From: Alphaproteobacteria bacterium
Lineage (GTDB): Bacteria; Pseudomonadota; Alphaproteobacteria; CAAHEQ01; UBA3637
DNA: 64,000 nucleotides
Assembly: GCA_015062395.1 (NCBI GenBank)
Contig: SUUS01000002.1
Location: 35,028 to 99,027 of the forward strand
Direction of reading: 5' to 3'
Part shown: positions 28,920 through 38,895 of the stretch, in pieces
Numbering within the stretch: position 1 is the stretch's first letter
Layout of the letters: every line of letters starts with the position of its first letter
Notes under the pieces: model-generated
Told to the model about the DNA's origin: nothing
Databases searched by the model: none
The model's input: only the letters and a program-made list of their open reading frames with translations
Made by a program: the position numbers and the translations under genes

Positions 28920-31900
28920 ATGAAAAAAATAAATATATACATAATAAAGCAATTATTGCTCGGATTTGTTTTAATAGCTTTGGGAATGACAGCCTTGATT
29001 TGGCTGTCTCAAAGCTTGCGTTTGATTGATTGGATTGTCAACAAAGGTGTTTCTGTTAATTTATTTATTGAATTGACATTGCTTGTCTTGCCGAATTTTA
29101 TCGCAATTATTACACCTTTGGCGTTTTTTATTGTGTTGTTGTTTATTTATCAACGTTTGTTGGCAGACAGAGAGCTAATTGTCATGAAAGCCGCAGGGAT
29201 GTCAGCTTTTGATTTGGCAAAGCCAGCGTTATTTGTTGCCGTTTTGTTGACTGTTTTGGGATATTTTTTAACCCTTTGGTTGGTTCCTTATTCAGTGTCT
29301 CAATTTAAAGAATTGCAATTTAAAATTCGAAACAATTTGGCTCAAGTTGCTATACAGGAAGGAGAATTTAACCAACTGCCGAATAACATAACGGTTTATG
29401 TTCGGGAATTTAAACCATCAGGACATTTAAAAGGTATTTTAATACACGATGATAAAAACCCAGAAAAACGAGTCGTTATTGTCGCGCAAGAAGGCCGTTA
29501 TTTAATGTCTGACGGTAAGGCAAAAATTGATATGCTAGAAGGAACGCGTCAAGAATATGACCGTCAAACAGGGGCATTCAATTCTTTAAGTTTCCAAAAA
29601 AATGTCGTCGTTTTTGAAGAAAGTAAAAATAACAAAGTCAGAACAAGGGGTGAAGAAGAATTAACGTTAAAACAGTTGTTAGCTGCGCGTTCTGATGATG
29701 AAAATATAAAGCCACTTCAGTATCGTGAATATAAGGTTGAAGCTTTTAAACGCTTAACACAGCCATTGTACGCATTGGCATATTTGTTTGTTGGATTATT
29801 GCCTTTGTTGTTGGGACATTATAATCGTCGTGGACAAAGTGGGCGTGTTTATTTTGCTGTTGGATGCGTTGTTTTATTACAGTCAATGGCGTTGGGATTT
29901 GAAAATTTATCTAATAAAAATTTGTGGTTTTTAATTTTGATGGCAGCTAATTTATTGATTCCGATTGTCGTTGGTTTTGTCATTTTAAAAAGGGGGCGTT
30001 TGAGCTTAAAAAATAATATCCTCAACAAATTTTTAGCGCGCTTTTTTATCGTTTTAGCTTTGTTCTTTCCAACGCCTATTTTTGGTGCTTCGAATGTTCA
30101 GTTCGTTTCAGATACTCAAATTCATAAAGATGCACCAGTCGATTTTGAAGCAGATAGTATTTCTTACAGTCAAAATGCCCAAGTTATGACTGCTACTGGA
30201 AACGTTATGCTGAATCAAAAAGGGACTGTTTTGCAAGCTGATAAATTAGTTTATAATCAGCAAAGCGAACAAGGGATGGCACAAGGAAACGTTGTGTTGA
30301 CACGTCCAGACGGGGTTAAATTATACGCAAAAAGTGCAGAATTGTCTGAAAATTTTAATAATGCATTATTTGAAGATGTTTCACTAAAATTAGCTGATGG
30401 TTCAACCTTTAGTTCGCAGTCTGTCGTTCGAAAAGATAATGGCAATACATCTGTTTTTGATAAGGCATTTTTTACACCTTGTACTTATTGTACGCCAGAA
30501 AAACCTTTATGGGATATATCAGCGCAACAAATTAAACACGACTATGCGCAACAAGAATATGAATTTTATCATGCTTTTTTTGATGTCAAGGGAGTTCCTA
30601 TTTTTTACTGGCCATATTTAACATTTCCAGATTTTCAAGTTAAACGAAAAACGGGTTTTTTAACGCCTTCTTTAGCTAATTCAACAGAAATGGGATTTGG
30701 ATTTGAATTGCCATTCTTTTGGGATATTTCAGATTCTCAAGACTTATATTTAGAGCCAATCATAACAGGTCGTCACTTTCCTTTAATTCAAGGGCAATAT
30801 CGTGGAATTTATCATCAATCGCAATTAATGACGTCTTTTTCGATGACAAAAGATGATGATGATAATAATAAAGAAGGTCATATTAAAATCTATTATCAAA
30901 ATGATTTAACATCTTCATTGCGTTTTACTGGGCAGTATTATCGTGTTAGCAATCAAACATATTTTCGACGTTATCCGATTAATAATGTTGACGATCAAGA
31001 ACCGTGGATTAAAAGTTTCGGTAAGTTAGAGTATTTTGGTGCGCAAAGCTATGGATTTTTGAATGTGATGGATTTTCAAAATTTACGTCGTTATGTTTCA
31101 AATGATTCGATGCCTATTGTCAGTCAGATAGACTATTCTTATACAAGCAAGCCAATTTGGAAAGGGTTATATTCTGTTTCAACAATCAATGGTGCTGATA
31201 TTTACAGAAAAACAGAAGAACGTTCTACGCGTTTGTCATTCGAACAGTCTTTTGTTTTACCGTACATTTCATCATGGGGGCTTGTTTTTGAAAACAAGCT
31301 ATCTGCCAGAGTAGATGGTTATGCCTTGCGTTTTGAAGATAATCGTTCAACGAATCAAGGACGCTTTTATACAGTGGCATCTTCGAAAATCAGTTATCCT
31401 TTGGTGTCTTATGGCAAAAATTATAGTCAAGTTATTGAACCTGTTTTAATGGGCGTTTTAAGTCCAAATTCTAAACCAGATAATCGTATTCCAAATGAAG
31501 ATAGTTTAGATGTTGTTTTTGATGACGTTAATTTATTTTCGGCAAACCGATATGACGGTTATGACAGGGTTGAAACAGGTACTCGCTTAAATTATGGTTT
31601 ATTGTGGCGTTTGTATGGTCCTAAAAATATGTACTTATCTGCAATGCTTGGGCAATCCTATCGTATTCGAAGAGATAATACGTCTATGGCAAATGCTGGT
31701 TTTGAACGTCATTTTTCGGATTATGTTGGATATTTGAATATGGACTTTAAAGATTTTGGTTTAGGATACCGTTTTCGCTTTAACCAAGAAGATTTTAGTC
31801 AGGAAATGTCCGAGGCGCGTTTTTACATAGGAAGAAATCCTTTAAAATTAAATGTTTCTTATTTGTATTTGAAAGCATCCAAGGAAGCTTTAATAAATAA

Positions 31901-32156
31901 AGCGCTCAAAGATAGGGAAGAAATTTATATTTCTGTCAACTCTAAATTAACACAAGCTTTTAGTTCTTTTGGGTATTATCGATACGATTTATCTAAAGAT
32001 GGTGGTCCAACAGAGGCTGGTGGGGGCTTGCAATACGATAATGAATGTATTAGTTTATTATTCACTGTAGAAAAAGAATTTACAAAAGATCAAAATTATA
32101 AAGGGGATACATCCTTTTATGTTCGATTGCTTCTAAAGACTTTGGGAGGTATTTAA
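28920..32156 (+). CDS. lptD: LptF/LptG-family permease fused in-frame to LPS-assembly protein LptD (1078 aa)
   Basis: Residues 1-360 form a complete YjgP/YjgQ permease (3 TM, periplasmic domain, 3 TM). The residues after that begin with a signal-peptide-like FLARFFIVLALFFPTPIFGA and continue as an OstA/LptD beta-barrel. No in-frame stop separates the two. A TTG at 30000 with a GGGGG RBS-like motif is a possible internal start. Confidence 0.7.
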   Translation: MKKINIYIIKQLLLGFVLIALGMTALIWLSQSLRLIDWIVNKGVSVNLFIELTLLVLPNFIAIITPLAFFIVLLFIYQRLLADRELIVMKAAGMSAFDLAKPALFVAVLLTVLGYFLTLWLVPYSVSQFKELQFKIRNNLAQVAIQEGEFNQLPNNITVYVREFKPSGHLKGILIHDDKNPEKRVVIVAQEGRYLMSDGKAKIDMLEGTRQEYDRQTGAFNSLSFQKNVVVFEESKNNKVRTRGEEELTLKQLLAARSDDENIKPLQYREYKVEAFKRLTQPLYALAYLFVGLLPLLLGHYNRRGQSGRVYFAVGCVVLLQSMALGFENLSNKNLWFLILMAANLLIPIVVGFVILKRGRLSLKNNILNKFLARFFIVLALFFPTPIFGASNVQFVSDTQIHKDAPVDFEADSISYSQNAQVMTATGNVMLNQKGTVLQADKLVYNQQSEQGMAQGNVVLTRPDGVKLYAKSAELSENFNNALFEDVSLKLADGSTFSSQSVVRKDNGNTSVFDKAFFTPCTYCTPEKPLWDISAQQIKHDYAQQEYEFYHAFFDVKGVPIFYWPYLTFPDFQVKRKTGFLTPSLANSTEMGFGFELPFFWDISDSQDLYLEPIITGRHFPLIQGQYRGIYHQSQLMTSFSMTKDDDDNNKEGHIKIYYQNDLTSSLRFTGQYYRVSNQTYFRRYPINNVDDQEPWIKSFGKLEYFGAQSYGFLNVMDFQNLRRYVSNDSMPIVSQIDYSYTSKPIWKGLYSVSTINGADIYRKTEERSTRLSFEQSFVLPYISSWGLVFENKLSARVDGYALRFEDNRSTNQGRFYTVASSKISYPLVSYGKNYSQVIEPVLMGVLSPNSKPDNRIPNEDSLDVVFDDVNLFSANRYDGYDRVETGTRLNYGLLWRLYGPKNMYLSAMLGQSYRIRRDNTSMANAGFERHFSDYVGYLNMDFKDFGLGYRFRFNQEDFSQEMSEARFYIGRNPLKLNVSYLYLKASKEALINKALKDREEIYISVNSKLTQAFSSFGYYRYDLSKDGGPTEAGGGLQYDNECISLLFTVEKEFTKDQNYKGDTSFYVRLLLKTLGGI

Positions 32157-33352
32157 TGAATAAATTATATGCTGTGATTTTGATAGGGTTATTTTTTGCT
32201 TTGCCTTTGCAAGCTGGTCAAATAAAGGCTGTCGTTCAAGATGAAATTATTACTGATTTAGATGTTGAACAGCGTGTACAAATTATGGAAAAAATGTTCC
32301 AAATGCCAGCTGATGAAAAAATGAAAAAGCAGGTACTAGATGATTTAATCAATGAAAAAGTGAAAATTTTTTCTGCTGTTGAAAAAGGAATACAAATTTC
32401 GGACGAACAAATTAAACAAGGCGTTTCTTTTTTAGAACAGCGAAATCAAATGGCTTCAGGAGAATTGGAAAAATTTTTTAAAGAACATAATCTTTCCATG
32501 AACAGTCTGTACGCACAAATCGAAGCTGATATCGCTTGGTTGCACTATATTCAATCGTTGGATTTAAAACGCACGGAAATAACACAAAAACAGATTAACG
32601 AAAAAATAGCTGATTTAAAAAAACAATTAATGTATGCATCCTATTTATTGGGTGAAATTTATATTCCTTTTGCTGGAAACGAAGTTGCTGCAGAACAAGA
32701 AATTACGATGCTTTTCAATCGAATAGTTGATGGCGAATCATTTACAGATTTAGCTAAAGCGTATTCAAAGGGAAAAACAGCCCATTTGATGGGGGATTTA
32801 GGTTGGGTTAAATCTGGTCAAATGGAAAAAGCTGTTGATGATGCTTTACCCGAAATTCAGGTGGGACAATTATCCAAGCCAATAAAAGGAAAAGATGGTT
32901 TTTATTTAATTTTGATGCGTGATAGTCAACCAGCATTGGATTCTGATATGCAAGAATTTATCCAAGCAAGTCAATTAGTTTTAAATCAAGAAGATTACCC
33001 TTCGTTGAAAGAGGGTTTACAAAAAGCTTCTGAAAATTGTATGAGTTTTACTCAATTTGCAATGACACATGGTGTGTCTGGTTCAAGGTCTGGTGCTTTG
33101 CCAGAAATGATGACTTCGCGATTGCCGTCGGAATTAAGGATGTTGTTATCTGATCAACCTGTGGGGGCTTTAATAGGACCGATACAAATGTCTCCGTACT
33201 TGCTGTTTGTGATGAAGTGTGGTGTCAAAGTTCAATCTGTTTTGCCAGACAACGATGTTGTTCGTGAAAATTTGCAAGTTCAAAATATGGAACAACAAGC
33301 CGAAGAAATTTTACAAAAAAATCGCAAAAAAATGTTCGTGGAAATTAAATAA
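32156..33352 (+). CDS. surA: Periplasmic chaperone/PPIase SurA
   Basis: Signal peptide and a parvulin domain GDLGWVKSGQM. taATG overlap with the lptD stop codon. Confidence 0.75.
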   Translation: MNKLYAVILIGLFFALPLQAGQIKAVVQDEIITDLDVEQRVQIMEKMFQMPADEKMKKQVLDDLINEKVKIFSAVEKGIQISDEQIKQGVSFLEQRNQMASGELEKFFKEHNLSMNSLYAQIEADIAWLHYIQSLDLKRTEITQKQINEKIADLKKQLMYASYLLGEIYIPFAGNEVAAEQEITMLFNRIVDGESFTDLAKAYSKGKTAHLMGDLGWVKSGQMEKAVDDALPEIQVGQLSKPIKGKDGFYLILMRDSQPALDSDMQEFIQASQLVLNQEDYPSLKEGLQKASENCMSFTQFAMTHGVSGSRSGALPEMMTSRLPSELRMLLSDQPVGALIGPIQMSPYLLFVMKCGVKVQSVLPDNDVVRENLQVQNMEQQAEEILQKNRKKMFVEIK

Positions 33353-34189
33353 ATGTATGAATTAAAACAAATTATACAAAAATATGAATTAAATGCCAAA
33401 AAATCATTGGGGCAAAATTTTATTTTAGATACAAATCTGTTAAATAAAATTGCAAGAATGGCTTTGGCTGGTATTAAGCATGATACAGTTTTGGAAGTCG
33501 GTCCTGGACCTGGGGGATTGACCCAAGCATTGTTGGAACAAGGCGATTTTTCAATGACTGCCGTTGAAAAAGATGAAAGATGTGTTAAAGCATTGTCCGA
33601 GTTGGCATCCGATTTCCCAAATCGTTTAACAATTTTGAATGAAGATGCTTTGCTTTTTGATGAAGCTTCTTTGGGCAAAGATATTTGTGTCGTGGCGAAT
33701 TTGCCATATAATGTATCAACAGTTTTATTAGTAAAATGGCTAAAGAAAATAGATTTGTTTTCTGGTTTGACTTTAATGTTTCAAAAGGAAGTCGCAGACA
33801 GATTGCTTGCAGATGCAAACGATGAAGCTTATGGGCGTTTATCCGTTTTAACAAAATGGTTAGCCGACGTTTCTTGTTTGATGATTTTACCTCCTGCTGT
33901 TTTTTCTCCAGCACCCAAAGTCACTTCTGCATTGGTTCGCATTCAGCCCAAAAAAACAAGAGCTGCTGGATTTTCTTTTGATACACTCTCAAAACTTACA
34001 CAGGCAGCGTTTAATACACGCAGAAAAATGTTAAGAGTTTCTTTAAAAGCATTGGGATTATCTGCAGATGAAATTATTCAACTTTGTGCCAGTGCAAATA
34101 TCGAGCCAACATTTCGAGCCGAACAAGTGACTGTTGACCAATTTTGTTTAATGGCCAAGTGGTTCGAGGATTATTTATGTGCGAAATAA
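33353..34189 (+). CDS. rsmA: 16S rRNA (adenine1518/1519-N6)-dimethyltransferase
   Basis: GQNFILDTNLLNKI, VLEVGPGPGGLT, NLPYNVST motifs. Confidence 0.9.
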   Translation: MYELKQIIQKYELNAKKSLGQNFILDTNLLNKIARMALAGIKHDTVLEVGPGPGGLTQALLEQGDFSMTAVEKDERCVKALSELASDFPNRLTILNEDALLFDEASLGKDICVVANLPYNVSTVLLVKWLKKIDLFSGLTLMFQKEVADRLLADANDEAYGRLSVLTKWLADVSCLMILPPAVFSPAPKVTSALVRIQPKKTRAAGFSFDTLSKLTQAAFNTRRKMLRVSLKALGLSADEIIQLCASANIEPTFRAEQVTVDQFCLMAKWFEDYLCAK

Positions 34190-34500
34190 TAAAAATTTTT
34201 CCTGATGCTGTTCATTTATCTGTTCGTGTTTGCCCTGGTGCAAAACGCAATGCTCTTGAAAGTATTTGGAATAATACCCATATTCGTATAGCATTACAAG
34301 CTCCTGCTGTTGATGGTAAGGCAAATGAGGCTTTGATAGCTTTTTTGGCAAAGATTTTGGACGTAAAGAAAAAAAACATTGAAATTATCGCTGGACAAAC
34401 CAATCGCTGTAAGATAGTATCTATACAAGTACAAGATACAGATGAAAGGATTAAAATAGAAACATGGTTGAAACAAAAATTATTGATGGAAAGCAAATAG
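34177..34500 (+). CDS. DUF167 (YggU-like) protein
   Basis: LSVRVCPGAKRNAL...GKANEALIAFLAKIL signature. Start taken at the internal ATG. Confidence 0.55.
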   Translation: MCEIIKIFPDAVHLSVRVCPGAKRNALESIWNNTHIRIALQAPAVDGKANEALIAFLAKILDVKKKNIEIIAGQTNRCKIVSIQVQDTDERIKIETWLKQKLLMESK

Positions 34501-35336
34501 CTAAAGAATTTAGAGAAAATTTAGCAAAAAAAGTTCAAAAGCTTGGTTCAACACCTAAATTGGCTGTCTTGGTCGTAGGCGAACATCCAGCTTCACAAAT
34601 TTATGTGCAAAATAAGAAAAAAGCCGCTGTGAGTGTCGGGATCGATGTCGATATTTATCAAATGGCTGTTTCTGAAACACAAGAAAGTATTTTAAAGTTA
34701 ATCGGGGAGCTTAATGAAGCAAAAGACGTTGATGGTATTTTAATTCAATTACCTCTACCTGAACATTTAGATGCGCAAATTTTAATTGGTGCGATAGCGC
34801 CTCAAAAAGATGTAGATGGTTTGCATCCACACAATGTTGGAAATATGGTTTGTGGTTTGCCTGCCATGATTTCTTGTACACCGTTGGCTTGTTTGTATTT
34901 GTTAAAGCATGTTTTGCCTGATATGACGGGGATGAATGCTTTGGTTATTGGTCGTTCTGCGTTGGTTGGAAAACCTTTAGGGCAATTATTATTGCAAGAA
35001 AATTGTACGGTAGTTCAGGCGCATTCTAAAACTAAAAATTTAGCTGATTTGGCGCGTCAAGCAGATATCATTGTTTGTGCTGTGGGAAAACCTGGCTTGG
35101 TAAATGGAAATATGATAAAAGACGGAGCCATCGTTATTGATGTTGGAATTAATCGAATGGATGATGGACGCATTGTTGGTGATGTTTTGTTTTTAGAAGC
35201 GATGCAAAAAGCATCTTATATAACGCCAGTACCTGGTGGGGTTGGTCCCATGACGATTGCAATGTTGTTATGGAATGTTGTAAAAGCAGCCGAAGGACGA
35301 TTTTCCGACTGTAAGGAATTGGTTTTAAAAAAGTAA
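34464..35336 (+). CDS. folD: Bifunctional methylene-THF dehydrogenase/methenyl-THF cyclohydrolase
   Basis: IIDGKQIAKE...LAVLVVGEHPASQIYV...PVPGGVGPMT motifs. Confidence 0.9.
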   Translation: MVETKIIDGKQIAKEFRENLAKKVQKLGSTPKLAVLVVGEHPASQIYVQNKKKAAVSVGIDVDIYQMAVSETQESILKLIGELNEAKDVDGILIQLPLPEHLDAQILIGAIAPQKDVDGLHPHNVGNMVCGLPAMISCTPLACLYLLKHVLPDMTGMNALVIGRSALVGKPLGQLLLQENCTVVQAHSKTKNLADLARQADIIVCAVGKPGLVNGNMIKDGAIVIDVGINRMDDGRIVGDVLFLEAMQKASYITPVPGGVGPMTIAMLLWNVVKAAEGRFSDCKELVLKK

Positions 35337-35345
35337 AAAAAATGC

Positions 35346-35374
35346 TTTACATCCTTTCTTAAACGGAGTATAAT
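35346..35374 (+). promoter_or_regulatory. Near-consensus sigma70 promoter (TTTACA-17-TATAAT) upstream of T4SS-like island
   Basis: -35 at 35346-35351, 17-nt spacer, -10 at 35369-35374. A GAGGGAGG RBS precedes the first island gene. Confidence 0.4.
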
Positions 35375-35409
35375 AAAAGAAATGATATTCAGTAGAGGGA
35401 GGAAAAGAA

Positions 35410-36111
35410 ATGCATTTGAAACATCTTTTAACATCTGTTTGTTTGGTTTTGGCATTGAATATAGGTGTTTGTAAACCTGTGTTGGCGCGTCATGTGGTTT
35501 CTGACCCAGCAGCGACGGCAATGTCAATACAAAACTTGGTTCAAGATATTTTGGCTGTTGTTAAGAAAATCGCTGATTTGAATGAGTTTATCAAGCGTAA
35601 TACTAGTCAAGGAAGTATTGGTGCTATAGCCAATAAATTGGACTTTTCAAAAATGCAAAAAGAAGTTTTGGATGCTGCAAAATCTACTGTTCCTGAAACC
35701 TTAAAAGATGTTGGGTTTGAAGATATGATGAAAGATACGCAACAAATGATGTCTTTCCTTAAGGAGGATTTGATGCTTCCTTTACAGTCTTCATCGCAAG
35801 AGGAAGCACTGACGGATACGCAAAAGCAAGAACGTCTGGAAAAACGTCAAGATGTTAAAAATACCGCGATTTCTGATGCTTATGCAACTGCTGTTGCGTA
35901 TTTAAACAGAAAAACAAAAGCTCAAGAAGAAATTGTTAATCCGACTAAAAAAGTGGCAGGTAGTGCAGATACCATTCATGCAAAAGAAGGGGCTGCAAAC
36001 GAAGCTGCTTTAGCGCGATTAAATGAAGGAATTGAACGCAATGCATTGTTGGCTGAACTTTTGAAATTGCGTGCTGCAGAAGCTTTGGGAAATATACCGT
36101 TGGATGGTTAA
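35410..36111 (+). CDS. Secreted alpha-helical protein, VirB5/TrbJ-like candidate (paralog a)
   Basis: Signal peptide. 233 aa. Helical, charged composition. Paralogous to the next ORF (VQDILAVVKK/VQEIIEVVQN; SIGAIANKLD/EIGAIMPKVID). Confidence 0.3.
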   Translation: MHLKHLLTSVCLVLALNIGVCKPVLARHVVSDPAATAMSIQNLVQDILAVVKKIADLNEFIKRNTSQGSIGAIANKLDFSKMQKEVLDAAKSTVPETLKDVGFEDMMKDTQQMMSFLKEDLMLPLQSSSQEEALTDTQKQERLEKRQDVKNTAISDAYATAVAYLNRKTKAQEEIVNPTKKVAGSADTIHAKEGAANEAALARLNEGIERNALLAELLKLRAAEALGNIPLDG

Positions 36112-36138
36112 ATAATCGAAGAGGAAAGGATATGCGCA

Positions 36139-36843
36139 ATGTTGAAAACAAAAACTTTTATTTCTTCTTTTCTTTTAGGCGTGGTTTTGACGGCTTCTCC
36201 TGCTTATGCTGTTGTTGATATCGTTAAATTGTTGCAACATACATTGCGAAATGTGCAGGAAATTATCGAAGTTGTTCAAAATGAATCATCATTAAAAGAA
36301 TCTACAAATTATTCAAAGTTGCAAGGTGAAATTGGTGCAATAATGCCCAAAGTCATTGATTTAGGTTCGAAAGTAAAAGACGCTTCTTTTACGCCTGTTT
36401 TGCCCAGTGAAATTCAAGGTTTGTTGGGTGATAAAGGAATGGCTGCAGTTCCTCAACTCCGTTCATTTTTATCTAAAGATTTAAAATCTATCAATGTTGG
36501 AGATGTTGTTGGACAACGTGATGCTTTAGCAGCAATTAGTGAACAGATGAATTTGGGTGGTATTGAAGCTTTTAAAAACGGAAAAGAAGCAATGGCATTG
36601 CTGAATAAAGCGCCCAATGAATTGATGCAACAGCTCAGTGTTGCAACGGGCGCGAAAGATATGCAAAACAAAATTACTCAAGAAACAGGAAATAGTATCC
36701 AAATTTTAAAAAGTGATATTGCGATTAATCAGCATTTGGCCAGAAAAATTGAAACGCTGGCTCAAAGTTTAAGATTGGATGTTAAAAAAGGATTGCAAGA
36801 GGCTGGTAAACAGCTTACAGAAAATACAGGAGGTCAACAATGA
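36139..36843 (+). CDS. Secreted alpha-helical protein, VirB5/TrbJ-like candidate (paralog b)
   Basis: Signal peptide MLKTKTFISSFLLGVVLTASPAYA. 234 aa. Paralog of 35410-36111. Confidence 0.3.
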   Translation: MLKTKTFISSFLLGVVLTASPAYAVVDIVKLLQHTLRNVQEIIEVVQNESSLKESTNYSKLQGEIGAIMPKVIDLGSKVKDASFTPVLPSEIQGLLGDKGMAAVPQLRSFLSKDLKSINVGDVVGQRDALAAISEQMNLGGIEAFKNGKEAMALLNKAPNELMQQLSVATGAKDMQNKITQETGNSIQILKSDIAINQHLARKIETLAQSLRLDVKKGLQEAGKQLTENTGGQQ

Positions 36844-38879
36844 TGCGCTATTTAAAACAGTTTTTGGTTGTTTTGTTGATGCCTTTGTTTTTTTGTGGGC
36901 GTCCCGTTTATGCTGGCGAGGTTAATTCGCCCAGTGAAGAAGTTTCTTTCTTCGGGCATTTTATGCAAAAAATCAGTAAAACAGCTTTATATATTGAAAC
37001 CATAGCAGAAGGCGTCACGTACATTACCTCTATTGGGGAAGATGGGAACTCTTTTATGGGATTTTTGTCTTCAATGGCAGGGAATCTGGGACCTTTCCAA
37101 GATACGTTAAATTTTGGTGATGCAGGTCAGTTTGGTTCTTTATTGGATGGTGCTTTTGATACTGCTGGAGATATTTTAAGTGGTGATATTGATTGGAATA
37201 ATCTGGGCAGTACAGCTTTGGGTGTGACTGGACAAGCAGGAACTTTATTGATTGGTTCTGGGCACCCGATTGGTATTGTTGCTGGTTTTGCTGTAAAAAT
37301 CGGAAGTGATGTTGCAAACCATGCGATTCAAGGTGGCGATATGAGCTTTGGTTCGTTGGCTGGTGTCGTTTTGGTTTCAGGTGCAGAAGGCGCTATTAGT
37401 GGGTTAGCTGGTGGGGCTGGAGGTGGCGCTGCTGGTGCTGGGGGTGGTTTAAGTGGAATCCTCGGTGGCGCTGGTGGTGCAGGTTCTGGTTTGTCTGGAT
37501 TATTGGGGGGCTCTGGAGGACTTGGGAATCTGTCTAGTGCATTAGGTGGTTCTGGTGGGCTTGGTAATTTGGCGAGTGCATTGGGTGGATCTGGTGGACT
37601 TGGTAATTTAGCAAGTGCGTTAGGTGGTTCTGGTGGGCTTGGTAATTTGGCAAGTGCATTGGGTGGTTCTGGTGGACTTGGTAATTTAGCAAGTGCGTTA
37701 GGTGGTTCTGGTGGGCTTGGTAATTTGGCAAGTGCATTGGGTGGTTCTGGTGGACTTGGTAATCTATCTACTGCGTTGGGTGGTTTGACTGGTTCTGGAC
37801 TGTCGGGTTTAAACGGTCTTTCATCAGCATTAAGTGGTTCTGGTTTGTCTGGACTTTCTAGTTTAGTCAATGGTGGAGGACTTTCTTCTTTTGCTAATTT
37901 AAATTCTTTATCTGGTATTGCAGGTGCATCGAATTTATCCAGTTTACTTAATTCGTTCGGTTCAGGCAATGTTAGTGGATTGGCAAATTCTTTGGGTGGT
38001 ATAGATGTTAGTACTCTGGGACGGGTATTAAATAACGGGGATATGTCTTCTTTAGCTGGGATGTTAGGTGGCTCTAATTCTTCAGCGTTAGCTGGTATTT
38101 TTGGAAATGCTTTAGGCCAAATGGATGCATCTTCATTATCTTCTGTTTTAGGAAATACAGATATTAACAGTTTAGCATCGGCATTATCATCAGGAGATTT
38201 AAGCGCTTTACAAGGGGTTGATATTAATTCTTTGATGTCTGTAATGGGGAATGCAGATATTTCATCGTATGCTTCTCAAATGATGGGGAGTGGAACGACT
38301 GCAGGTTCGACAGATCCGTTAAGTTCTTATGCGCGTATAGCTCAAATTACAGAAAGTTATGGAGCACCTCAAGAAGACAAAGCGACTGCACAGAAGTATG
38401 TAAAAGAAGCATTCTTTTACAGTACGCACGAAAATGATGAAATTGATGGCGTGCTTTTAACAGAACAAGAAAATGCAAGAGATAAAATCATTCAAAATCG
38501 AAAAGCATATCAGCAAGAAGTTGTTTCTTTGGCATTAGCAACAGCTTATGAAAACAGAACAACTGCACATGAAGAAACAACAACACGTTATGGTGATTTG
38601 CGTTCTAATGTTGGTTCTGCAAAAACAATTAATGATAAAAAGGGGATGGAAGGTGCGATTACTCAAGAAGAAACGCGTCAAAGAATAACGTCGTTGTCTT
38701 TGGAACTAGCGTTGTTGGAGTTAGAATTGGTTGAAGATTTGCAAAAAGAACCTGAAAATTATATCATTGCAAGAACGGCTGAACAAATAACTGACGAAAC
38801 AAAAGAAAAAACATCTGAAATCGATTTTTTAGATGATGCAGGAAGCGTTGGGCATGCAGGTATTTTAGTCGATGGATAG
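36840..38879 (+). CDS. Secreted Gly/Ser/Leu-rich repeat protein (679 aa)
   Basis: Signal peptide. Eight tandem 13-aa units LGGSGGLGNLASA. Long SxLxxL low-complexity tract. Charged helical C-terminus. Confidence 0.5.
   Translation: MMRYLKQFLVVLLMPLFFCGRPVYAGEVNSPSEEVSFFGHFMQKISKTALYIETIAEGVTYITSIGEDGNSFMGFLSSMAGNLGPFQDTLNFGDAGQFGSLLDGAFDTAGDILSGDIDWNNLGSTALGVTGQAGTLLIGSGHPIGIVAGFAVKIGSDVANHAIQGGDMSFGSLAGVVLVSGAEGAISGLAGGAGGGAAGAGGGLSGILGGAGGAGSGLSGLLGGSGGLGNLSSALGGSGGLGNLASALGGSGGLGNLASALGGSGGLGNLASALGGSGGLGNLASALGGSGGLGNLASALGGSGGLGNLSTALGGLTGSGLSGLNGLSSALSGSGLSGLSSLVNGGGLSSFANLNSLSGIAGASNLSSLLNSFGSGNVSGLANSLGGIDVSTLGRVLNNGDMSSLAGMLGGSNSSALAGIFGNALGQMDASSLSSVLGNTDINSLASALSSGDLSALQGVDINSLMSVMGNADISSYASQMMGSGTTAGSTDPLSSYARIAQITESYGAPQEDKATAQKYVKEAFFYSTHENDEIDGVLLTEQENARDKIIQNRKAYQQEVVSLALATAYENRTTAHEETTTRYGDLRSNVGSAKTINDKKGMEGAITQEETRQRITSLSLELALLELELVEDLQKEPENYIIARTAEQITDETKEKTSEIDFLDDAGSVGHAGILVDG
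37507..37775 (+). repeat. Tandem 39-bp (alternating, 78-bp super-unit) coding repeats
   Basis: ggtggttctggtgg(g/a)cttggtaattt(g/a)gcaagtgc(a/g)tt(g/a), about 7 copies. Confidence 0.8.
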
Positions 38880-38895
38880 AAAGGGAGGTAATATA

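Noticed and set aside
28920-32156. Possibility that LptG and LptD are simply two adjacent genes mis-merged by the ORF caller
   Set aside because: An in-frame stop is genuinely absent between them in the given sequence, so it is reported as a read-through or fusion that needs read-level verification rather than split silently.
37328-37969. 213-aa Pro-rich ORF (PSPPEPPNALAKL repeats) on the minus strand
   Set aside because: It is a mirror-image translation of the Gly-rich 39-bp repeats of the + strand gene 36840-38879. It has no independent start or RBS context.
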